DNA of 20,193 nucleotides. It comes from Candidatus Hydrogenedentota bacterium (GTDB lineage Bacteria; Hydrogenedentota; Hydrogenedentia; Hydrogenedentales; SLHB01). Positions 7,091 to 14,597 of the stretch are shown piece by piece. Below the pieces are notes generated by a model, which did not search any database, had not been told where the DNA came from, and saw nothing but the letters and a program-made list of their open reading frames with translations. The translations under genes were made by a program, and so were the position numbers. Position 1 is the first letter of the stretch. Each line of letters opens with the position of its first letter. The DNA is taken from contig JAWXCN010000171.1 in NCBI GenBank assembly GCA_034408725.1, positions 1-20,193 of the forward strand, read 5' to 3'.

Positions 7091-8967
7091 CCACGAATTA
7101 TACGTATGACACCAAAAACCGTCTCAGCGCCATCGAGCATAAGGATGGCGGGACGGTGCTCGACGGATTTACGTATGAGTTAGACGATTCCGGCAACATC
7201 ACGAAGACCACGCACGAGGACGGCTCGTATTGGGACTATGCCTACGACGACCGGTACCGGCTAATTGACGCGGACCGGTTCAGCGCGAGCGGAAACATCA
7301 AGGCCGCGTATGCGTACACGTATGACGACGGCGACAATATGCTCACCATAACCGAGCCGTTCTTCGATGACTTCAACGATGGCAACACCACTGGCTGGAC
7401 CACCAGCGGCACGTGGTCAGCGACGAACAACATGCTGGAGAGCACCGGCACGGGCGGGCCTATCGCGTCGCTTGCGAATACCGACAATAGCAACGAGATC
7501 ATGTTGCGCTACCGCATCAACGACACCTCGGACAGTCTAACCCGCGCGTACATCGATTTCCGGCACGTGGACTGGAACAACTACGAGTGGGTCCGCATCT
7601 TCCGGTCGAGCATTAACATCGGCAAAAACGTCAGCGGCGTGGGCACGCAAATCGCCTCCGGCAACGCAACCTCAACCGCAAACGTGTGGTACAACCTACG
7701 CATCGTCGCCGATGGCGCAAACGTAGACGTCTACCGCTGGGCCGACGGCGCCATGCCCACGCTCATTTGCTCCACCACCAGCAGCCCGAGTCTCTCCACC
7801 ACCACGTTCAAACTCAACGTCGTCTCCCCCTACCTCTACGATTTCGACGACATCCGCATCCTCGCCGATAGCCTCAGCAACACAACGACCTTCACCGTCA
7901 ACAACTCGAATGAGTTGGTGACGATGGTGGATTACAACGGCACCACCAATTTTACCTTTGATGATTGGGGACGAATGACGGAGAAGGAAAGGGTCGGCTC
8001 ATCTGCCACGTACTCCTGGAACTATGGTTACAATTTGACAAGTGTTTCTTCTAACTTCGCTGGAGAAGGCACAGTCGGATATGAGTTCGGCGGCGACCGG
8101 AAGCGCCGAGAGCGAGTATCCAGCGGTAACACTACTTGGTACAACTATGGTGGCTGGCTTGTTCTAAATGAGGAAGATGGCTCCGGTAACCTTTCCAAAA
8201 CCTATGACCATGACACGATGTGGCCTGTTGGCGCGGTCTTGGCTGATCTAGCTGGAGCTACGCCATCATCCGGAACGCCGCGTTTTTACGAGCGAGATAA
8301 TATTGGATCGACGCGCCGCCTTCGCGATTCGAGCAAGGCATCGCTCGGTCAATACGATTACGATCCATATGGAGTAGCTTACATTGCTACTGGCGCAACG
8401 ATTACGAACACGTTTACTGGGCACATCTGGGATAGTACCGCAAACCTTTATTGGGCTCCGTACCGCTTCTACAGCCCCGCCGAAGCTCGTTGGCTCAGCC
8501 GGGACTTGTTAATCAGCGATGGCCCGAATTTTTATGTTTACGCTCAGGACAGTCCAATTGTAAACAGCGACCCTTTCGGCTTGTGGACTTGGACTACAGA
8601 GCCAGGCCCACCTCCAAACATGAATACAATTGTGTGCGACGGCGTAGGAAGTATAGTACCTGTATTAAACGACGCCAAGGGAAATCTAAGCTGTGGAATA
8701 GGAGATTGTCTACGAGAGCACGAAAAAAGCCATGCGGAAGATGCTTTGAAGGCGGTCCCTGATATTTGTAAAGACAAAGAATACGGTACGTTGGTAGTTA
8801 ATTACAATCCGGAGGAACGAGCTGCATCCGAGCGAAAGGCCTGTGACAGAGAGACAGAGTGTCTGGATGATGAACTTAAAAAATATAAACCTGGTTCCGT
8901 GTGTGAAATCTTGATTAAAGACCGCATTCAGCGAGTGGGGACGTATCGTGATCAATTTGAGGATTAG
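7075..8967 (+). CDS. Rhs/YD-repeat protein (N-terminally truncated) with an inserted ConA/DUF1080-like domain, Rhs-associated core and C-terminal HEXXH toxin domain
   Basis: YD repeats (YTYDTKNRL, YAYDDRYRL, FTFDDWGRM). Core signature FTGHIWDSTANLYWAPYRFYSPAEARWLSRD...NFYVYAQDSPIVNSDPFGL (DPFGL at 8569-8583), then a 127-aa CT containing HEKSH. The frame is closed upstream by TAA at 7024 and begins mid-repeat. Confidence 0.92.
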   Translation: MPNGMTTNYTYDTKNRLSAIEHKDGGTVLDGFTYELDDSGNITKTTHEDGSYWDYAYDDRYRLIDADRFSASGNIKAAYAYTYDDGDNMLTITEPFFDDFNDGNTTGWTTSGTWSATNNMLESTGTGGPIASLANTDNSNEIMLRYRINDTSDSLTRAYIDFRHVDWNNYEWVRIFRSSINIGKNVSGVGTQIASGNATSTANVWYNLRIVADGANVDVYRWADGAMPTLICSTTSSPSLSTTTFKLNVVSPYLYDFDDIRILADSLSNTTTFTVNNSNELVTMVDYNGTTNFTFDDWGRMTEKERVGSSATYSWNYGYNLTSVSSNFAGEGTVGYEFGGDRKRRERVSSGNTTWYNYGGWLVLNEEDGSGNLSKTYDHDTMWPVGAVLADLAGATPSSGTPRFYERDNIGSTRRLRDSSKASLGQYDYDPYGVAYIATGATITNTFTGHIWDSTANLYWAPYRFYSPAEARWLSRDLLISDGPNFYVYAQDSPIVNSDPFGLWTWTTEPGPPPNMNTIVCDGVGSIVPVLNDAKGNLSCGIGDCLREHEKSHAEDALKAVPDICKDKEYGTLVVNYNPEERAASERKACDRETECLDDELKKYKPGSVCEILIKDRIQRVGTYRDQFED

Positions 8968-9502
8968 CAGAGATTTTTTGAGTCAAGGAATTGTGACGTT
9001 GCTAGCCATAATCGCGGTAGTGGCATTATTGTTTTCAGGAGTGGCTCCTGAGGCTTGGAGCGCCACGAATAGTGAAGGTGAGCTCCCTCCGATTTCCATG
9101 GAGGTTGAACTAGATCAAAGCACAGATGATTTACAGCTTAATGTCCGGTTGACCTCTAATCTGAAAGCCCCCGTCAAAACGTCGGAAAGCTTTCTGCCTT
9201 GGGGTAGCTGGTACAGCATGGTTCTGATTGGAGTCAAGGACAAAATCGATGGAGTAGTATTGAACAAGAAAGGGCAGCCGATTGACGACCCCAGCGCGGA
9301 TTCGGTCACCATTAAACCAGGCATACCGATAACCGGCAAGATCTCCTTAAGCAACCGGTTTGATGGCCTTGTCGAGGCTTTGGATGAATCAGATGTTATA
9401 ATATTTTGGTGTTATCGGCTATGGGTAGATGAAGATATTCCCGACACACGTGCGGGTGGATGGTTACTTATTCCGAAGCGCCAACACAAAACCGAAGCAT
9501 AA
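8948..9502 (+). CDS. Exported protein, probable cognate immunity protein of the Rhs C-terminal toxin
   Basis: Overlaps or directly follows the Rhs stop and has the same lower GC. Hydrophobic N-terminus (IVTLLAIIAVVALLFSGVAPEAWSA) and beta-rich body. Alternative start GTG 8993 with AAGGA upstream. Confidence 0.7.
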   Translation: MINLRISRDFLSQGIVTLLAIIAVVALLFSGVAPEAWSATNSEGELPPISMEVELDQSTDDLQLNVRLTSNLKAPVKTSESFLPWGSWYSMVLIGVKDKIDGVVLNKKGQPIDDPSADSVTIKPGIPITGKISLSNRFDGLVEALDESDVIIFWCYRLWVDEDIPDTRAGGWLLIPKRQHKTEA

Positions 9503-9643
9503 AAATACAAAAATTCTCACAAAGACCAAATCGGCGGGTTTATCAACGGCTCCACACCCACTTATTGAACTCCGCAAAGCGACATGTAGGTGCAAGTCGC
9601 GTTCTCGCAGTGCAACACCCCTCACGATGTATAACAGGAGAAT

Positions 9644-9664
9644 AATAGGGGACAGCACCCTATT
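9644..9664 (+). repeat. REP-like hairpin, copy 1 of the ATAGGGGACAGC family
   Basis: AATAGGG-GACAGCA-CCCTATT, 7-bp stem. Similar to the copies at 10657 and 13453. Confidence 0.75.
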
Positions 9665-9779
9665 AAATCCCGCAAACTTCGCATGGAATTTTTATGCACC
9701 GGGACTACGTTCAAGTGCAATTTTCCTTGTCGCAGTGCAACGCCGCCCCCACGGTGAATGGTCTCCAAGAAGTAGACCA

Positions 9780-10658
9780 AGCGAACTGGATCAGCACCGC
9801 GATGAATCGGGCAAGCCGGCGGGTTGCGCTATAATTACGATGCGAGTCGGCGTCTGGCAAGATCACGGATTGGGAATTGCAGGGACAGACTACGAATTGG
9901 AAATGGTGGAAGAAAACTGGGAAAGCCTATTTGTGCATCACGGACAAGATGGGCAATTCCGTCAATTTCCTCTTCGAGTACGCGCAAGACTCGGGTGGGA
10001 ATTGGGAAGCGAAGAAGGTCACGGTCACGGACGAGGCGGGCCTTGTCACGGTGTTTGACCGCAGCATCACTTCGGATGTCGCCACGGTGACGAACTGGGA
10101 CAGCACGACGCTGCTGTACAAAATGGTGTTCACGCCGAAAACCGGCTCAGTGCGGGAATCGGTTTCTATGACCATTACTTCGACGCGACGAACTACCAGC
10201 GCTGGTCGTTTGCCTACGACACCGCGGGTAACCTTACGCAGAACACAGGACCAAGCACGGCGGTGCTGTCGGAATATACCTATGACACCGGCAACCGCTT
10301 GACCGGCGCGCGCACGGGCGCGGGACCCTGGACCACGTTTGGCTATGCGGACGCAAACGCGGAGCATGCCAACACCATCACCGGCCCCGATGCCCTCGTC
10401 ACGACGGTGTATTACGATACGGACGGATTGATCTCGAAGGTGACGCATCCCTCAGTCGACGCGGACGGCACGCGCTGGGCCTATGACGGCAATGGCGTGG
10501 TCACGGCGGTGACGGACCCGTTAGACAATGTCACGGCGTATGAATACGACACCGTGGGCAACTTGACGTCGGTGACGGACCCGAACCTGAACGAAACGAT
10601 ATTTACCTACGACGATCTCGGCAACGTCACCTCCGTGACCGATCCGCGCGGGGCGTAA
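9780..10658 (+). pseudogene. Second Rhs/YD-repeat fragment with at least two frameshifts, truncated at both ends
   Basis: LRYNYDASRRL (frame of 9824) shifts near 9857 to KITDWELQ...ITDKMGN...VTVTDEAG (frame of 9877). It shifts again near 10148 to FYDHYFDATNYQRWSFAYDTAGNL...YEYDTVGNLTSVTDPNLNETIFTYDDLGNVTSVTDPRGA*. The left boundary is approximate. Confidence 0.85.
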
Positions 10659-10677
10659 ATAGGGGACAGCCACCTAT
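10657..10677 (+). repeat. REP-like hairpin, copy 2, directly upstream of the RAYT remnant
   Basis: AAATAGGGGACAGCCACCTAT. Its first bases form the TAA that ends the Rhs fragment. Confidence 0.8.
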
Positions 10678-10716
10678 GTATTGGCTTCTGGCGCGGCCTT
10701 CTGAATGTTGTCTCTC

Positions 10717-10904
10717 GTGTCACGGCACGCGCGAATCATCATACCCGGCCTGCCCCACCACATCACGCAGCGCGACGACTACCGTCGGGACGTTTTCTTT
10801 GTCGATGGTGACCGGGTCGCCTACTGGATTTGTTACGCGAGCAATGCCTGAAGCACCGCGTCCGCGTGCTGGGGTATTGCCTGATGACCAACCACATCCA
10901 CGCT
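10717..10904 (+). pseudogene. REP-associated tyrosine transposase (RAYT / Y1_Tnp, HUH) N-terminal remnant
   Basis: GTG 10717 gives MSRHARIIIPGLPHHITQRDDYRRDVFFVDGDRVAY. After a 1-nt shift at ~10825 it continues DLLREQCLKHRVRVLGYCLMTNHIHA. This matches the H(H)ITQRG and YCLMTNHxH motifs. Similarity ends right after the HUH motif, before the catalytic Tyr. Confidence 0.9.
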
Positions 10905-10919
10905 ATGAAAATACGCGGC

Positions 10920-12329
10920 TCACTTGTGCGTCGGCGGGGTGGGGATGGCGCTGGTCGTGCCGAATTTCTGACGGCCGCGCCAGTCCATTGGCTTGTTGGC
11001 GATCATCTGCCCGATGAGCGACAACGCGAACCACACGCGAAGTATGCCCGAGACGGGGTGAAGCCACGGCACCAAAGGGTGAAATTCCGCGATCTTTTCT
11101 ACGCCTTTGTATTCACGAGTTTCATCTACGTACAAAACGAATCCGGCCGCGGCGAGCAACGTCAGGAGCAGGTCGAAGCGGCCCGCGATCAATTGCGGGA
11201 GAATCCCCACGGCCATCATGGGCAGTGCCATGAGCGTTGTGCTGAGCCGCAAGGCCATCATGGTGAGCGGAAGCTGCAGATGGTCGCCAAAGAATATGCG
11301 GGTCTTGCGCAGCGTGTGTTTCTTGACCTCGCGATATCCGTGGTAGAACCGTACGCGGAGCAAATCCGGCGTCCAGGCGAATCCGACGCGGCCGCCGATG
11401 TGTTTCACCGCGGCGGCCATGAGAGTGTCCTCCGGGTGCCACTCGCCCAGGGCTTTGTGACCTCCGATGGCCCGATAGCAGCTGTGTTTAATGAGCATGA
11501 ATGCGCCGATGCCGATGGGGAACGATTGGGAATCGTTCAAATTTTCGTGATCGGCGCCTTGCAGAATCCCGCGCCAGCCCGTGGGTAAAAGAAACTGTTC
11601 GCCCCATGTTTTGGCGATCAATCGCGGCATGCAGGTGAGGAAATCAAGACGCTCGCGTTCGGCTTGGCTGATCGCTTGTTCCAGTATCCCGGGCTCGAAC
11701 ACCACATCGGCATCCGCGAACAGCAACCAGCCTTCATCGCGAACTGCAGGTTCAGGTTGCTTGCCCTCGATTTGCAGGACGGCCTGCCAAAGGGCATTGG
11801 ACTTGCCGAACCATCCTTCCTCGAAGGGAGGGTCATGCAATACATGCACACGCGGGAAATCGCGTTTGATCGCATCCAGAATGTGGGGCGTTTTGTCGGT
11901 GGAATGATCGTTGATGAACCACACGTCGAGATTGGGATAAGACAAAGACGCTACGGAACGCGCGGCTTCCTCCAGATTGTCCTCCTCGTTGCGGGCGGGG
12001 ACTATCACGGTGACTTTCGGCCGCGTTTTTGGGGAAGTAGCGGACGCAGCAGCGCGAGAAAAACACGGTAGCGTGGCCAGGTTGCGGCGAAACTTTTTGT
12101 GGCGCTCACCTCGCTTCCATACCAGAACGGCTACGTACACCCACACGGCGGCGAGCGTCACGGGGTTGGGTTTGGCGCACGCGACAATCAACAGGATGAA
12201 GACGACCCACCACAGCACGGCTACTGCCGAATTGGGGGTTGGACGAAGGCCACGGGCCAATGCGCCTACATCAATGGAAGGACGCACCGCTTCGACCTCA
12301 TGTTGTTGGCGAGAAGACTCGTCGACCAT
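10920..12329 (-). CDS. Membrane-bound family 2 glycosyltransferase (HpnB/CrtQ-like)
   Basis: VTVIVPARNEE, INDHSTDKT, GWFGKSNAL, LLFADADV (DxD), IGAFMLI...YRAIGGH, ED motif. N- and C-terminal TM helices. Confidence 0.93.
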   Translation of the reverse strand: MVDESSRQQHEVEAVRPSIDVGALARGLRPTPNSAVAVLWWVVFILLIVACAKPNPVTLAAVWVYVAVLVWKRGERHKKFRRNLATLPCFSRAAASATSPKTRPKVTVIVPARNEEDNLEEAARSVASLSYPNLDVWFINDHSTDKTPHILDAIKRDFPRVHVLHDPPFEEGWFGKSNALWQAVLQIEGKQPEPAVRDEGWLLFADADVVFEPGILEQAISQAERERLDFLTCMPRLIAKTWGEQFLLPTGWRGILQGADHENLNDSQSFPIGIGAFMLIKHSCYRAIGGHKALGEWHPEDTLMAAAVKHIGGRVGFAWTPDLLRVRFYHGYREVKKHTLRKTRIFFGDHLQLPLTMMALRLSTTLMALPMMAVGILPQLIAGRFDLLLTLLAAAGFVLYVDETREYKGVEKIAEFHPLVPWLHPVSGILRVWFALSLIGQMIANKPMDWRGRQKFGTTSAIPTPPTHK

Positions 12330-12354
12330 CGCCGATCGACCGCCCGGTTCGCCG

Positions 12355-12471
12355 TTACAACGTCATGGTGGTGTTTACGGGCGGTTTTTTGTCGCCCTTG
12401 AAGGCCTTGAGCAGTTTGACCTGAGCCAACTGGGGGTGTTTCATTTTACCTATCAACCGAATGTGTTTCAC
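12355..12471 (-). CDS. 38-aa basic peptide MKHIRLIGKMKHPQLAQVKLLKAFKGDKKPPVNTTMTL (absent from the ORF track)
   Basis: GTG at 12471 with GAGGTG RBS 8 nt upstream (12480-12485) and TAA at 12355-12357. Lies downstream of a near-consensus promoter and ends 25 nt before the GT2 ATG. Confidence 0.75.
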   Translation of the reverse strand: MKHIRLIGKMKHPQLAQVKLLKAFKGDKKPPVNTTMTL

Positions 12472-12537
12472 GTTCTGAGCACCTCAATTTGTTAATCGGT
12501 GACGATGAAACAATGTCTGGCGACTTACGAAAAATTG

Positions 12538-12566
12538 ACTCTAACAGGTAAGGCGACCCCTGTCAA
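12538..12566 (-). promoter_or_regulatory. Sigma70 promoter of the peptide-GT2 operon
   Basis: TTGACA (12566-12561), 17-nt spacer ending in TG-n, TAGAGT (12543-12538). Confidence 0.75.
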
Positions 12567-12630
12567 CGACCGTCGGATGCCAACACTAGTTTGCGGGAAA
12601 GAACAATTGCCGTGAAGTCATCCGCATGAA

Positions 12631-13347
12631 CTATTTCAAATTCTCGCGCTTGGCCGCCCAGCGGATTGCCTGGGCGATAAAGCGCTTGTAATTCTCATCC
12701 GCGAAAATCTCCCCGCCGTGACCGGGCGCTATGACAACAACGCGCGAATCCTTGTACTGCGTTGTCCACGCCACTATATCGTCGCTTTCCCCGTTACTGC
12801 TCACGAGAATTGGTATTGCCGTATCTGGACGGTACACGTACTTGTAAGGCTCTTCAACGACGCGGATCTCTTGAACACCCTGCGTAATTGGATGATTCGG
12901 GTCGGCAGGGCGATAGGTCATTTCAACATTCGGAGTGTATTCGCTTTTGCGATGACCGTCGCGCGGTTCGAAGAAGAACTGACCACCAGCGATTTCTCGG
13001 TATTTGGGCCACGCGGGGTGGTTACAAAGCGCATGATGGAGGACAATGAGTCCGCGGCCTTTTCCAAACGCATTTGCGAATTCGATTTTTTGTTCTTCGG
13101 AAATGTTCATTTCAAAATCATAGAGCAGAACGACGTCGTATTCCTTCGCGAATTCCCTGGTATACGCGGCGCAAGGCTTGTTCGTTTGCGTTTTCTTGTC
13201 CCACTCAATCTCGTTGAGTCCCTCGAAGAGCCCGTAGAACCGCGGGTCAAAGCCGTGACTGCCAGTGATAACAAGTAGCCGAATCGGTGATTCGTCTGCA
13301 CATGCGAACAGACCAGAGCAGATCGCGGTAAGATACAGCAATTTCAT
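12631..13347 (-). CDS. ThuA-like (class I glutamine amidotransferase-like fold) protein, probable lipoprotein
   Basis: LLVITGSHGF, YDVVLLYD, GRGLIVLHHA, HPITQGV...EEPY, VAWT...SRVVVIAPGH...AIRWAA. N-terminus MKLLYLTAICSGLFAC is lipobox-like. AGGGAG RBS. Confidence 0.88.
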   Translation of the reverse strand: MKLLYLTAICSGLFACADESPIRLLVITGSHGFDPRFYGLFEGLNEIEWDKKTQTNKPCAAYTREFAKEYDVVLLYDFEMNISEEQKIEFANAFGKGRGLIVLHHALCNHPAWPKYREIAGGQFFFEPRDGHRKSEYTPNVEMTYRPADPNHPITQGVQEIRVVEEPYKYVYRPDTAIPILVSSNGESDDIVAWTTQYKDSRVVVIAPGHGGEIFADENYKRFIAQAIRWAAKRENLK

Positions 13348-13452
13348 TTGTGTTCTCCCTGTCGTGAAGTTAAATTCGTACCAGGGCCTTCAGCATGCAG
13401 CAAGAAACCGATCAAATCCAGGAAATCATTCTCCGGAATTGCAGTGGCAAAT

Positions 13453-13471
13453 TAGGTGGCTCCCCTATTTT
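13453..13471 (-). repeat. REP-like copy 3, inverted and degenerate
   Basis: Minus strand AAAATAGGGGAGCCACCTA equals copy 2 with 2 nt missing. Lies 10 nt past the Fic stop. Confidence 0.7.
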
Positions 13472-13481
13472 GCTCAGCTCA

Positions 13482-14597
13482 TCAGTTCCACGTTTTATTC
13501 AATTGCGCGAGCGCGTAGCTGGCGCTGCGTCCGCCTTCCGGGTTGCGAACGAGAATGGCGCGTTCGACGAGCAGCAGAATGTCCCGGAGCGCTGTGTCCT
13601 GGGAGCACTTGGCGAGCTTGGCGTATTTAGATGTGGTGAGTTTTCCCTCGAAGCCGTCAAGCAGGCGATTGAGCACCAGGCGCTGACGGTCATTAAGCTG
13701 CACGCTTTGAATGCGCTGCCAAAAGCGCGCCTTGGCGAGGACGGCGCTGAGCGCGGTTTGTGCTTCATCAATGGCGCGGCCTAAGCATCCGACGAACCAG
13801 TCCATCCATAACGAGATGTCCATAGTTCCCGTCTGCGTCCGCTCCAGAATATCGTAATAGGCGTTCCGCTCCTGCCGGATCTGCGCCGACATGCTGTAAA
13901 ATCGCTGCGGGCTATTTTCCGACCGCGCGAGGGCCATGTCGGCGATGGCGCGCGCTATGCGGCCGTTGCCGTCGTCGAACGGGTGAATGGTTACAAACCA
14001 GAGATGGGCCAGCCCGGCTTTCAACACGGGATCAATGCCAGCACCTTTCTCGAACCAGTGCAGGAATACGCTCATTTCAGCGTCGAGTCGTTGCGCCTTC
14101 GGCGCTTCGAAATGGATATGCTCCTTTCCGACTGGGCCGGAAATGACCTGCATCGGTCCTGTGTTGTCGTCACGCCAGACCCCTGCCCGAATCTTCGTCA
14201 TGCCACTGCGCCCGGTGGGAAACAGGGACGCATGCCAAGCAAAAAATCTTTCGGCGGTGAGCGGGTGGTCATAGTGGCGCGTGGCGTCAAGCATCATCTC
14301 AACGACGCCCTCGACGTCGCGATCCATCGGCTTAAGAGCACCGATATCTATCCCGAGACGACGCGCAATCGACGACCGAACCTGTTCCGCGTCAAGCAGT
14401 TCTCCTTCGATCTCGCTGCTCTTGAGTACGTCGGCAGTGAGCGTTTGCAATAGGGCTTCTTGGCGCAAGTTGAATCCAAGCGCTTCCATGCGGCCGATCA
14501 ACCGGCCCTGACGGTGGCGGACAGCGGCCAGAGGTTCGGCTAGACTTTCTCGGTTCCACTGAAACCGGGGCCAGTCCATAAGTTCATGGATATACAT
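13482..14597 (-). CDS. Fic family protein with DUF4172-type N-terminus and C-terminal winged HTH
   Basis: Canonical Fic motif HPFDDGNGRIAR; YIHELMDWPRFQW and KSSEIEGE in the N-terminus; C-terminal TTSKYAKLAKCSQDTALRDI. ATG 14597 has AGGAG 9 nt upstream (the track start 14606 is the alternative). Confidence 0.95.
   Translation of the reverse strand: MYIHELMDWPRFQWNRESLAEPLAAVRHRQGRLIGRMEALGFNLRQEALLQTLTADVLKSSEIEGELLDAEQVRSSIARRLGIDIGALKPMDRDVEGVVEMMLDATRHYDHPLTAERFFAWHASLFPTGRSGMTKIRAGVWRDDNTGPMQVISGPVGKEHIHFEAPKAQRLDAEMSVFLHWFEKGAGIDPVLKAGLAHLWFVTIHPFDDGNGRIARAIADMALARSENSPQRFYSMSAQIRQERNAYYDILERTQTGTMDISLWMDWFVGCLGRAIDEAQTALSAVLAKARFWQRIQSVQLNDRQRLVLNRLLDGFEGKLTTSKYAKLAKCSQDTALRDILLLVERAILVRNPEGGRSASYALAQLNKTWN

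Noticed and set aside
9429-10058. 209-aa plus-strand ORF
   Set aside because: It crosses the immunity gene end, a REP and the Rhs relic in a mostly non-coding frame, with no coherent protein features.
7075-10658. Type VI secretion effector locus
   Set aside because: No PAAR, VgrG or Eag chaperone genes in the window; the delivery route cannot be determined.
10830-11588. 252-aa plus-strand ORF as a full transposase
   Set aside because: Only the first ~25 residues are RAYT-like; the rest is antisense to the GT2 gene.
12355-12471. Classical glycocin or SCIFF precursor
   Set aside because: No Cys, no double-glycine leader, and no radical SAM, peptidase-ABC or immunity genes nearby. Kept only as an unclassified peptide.
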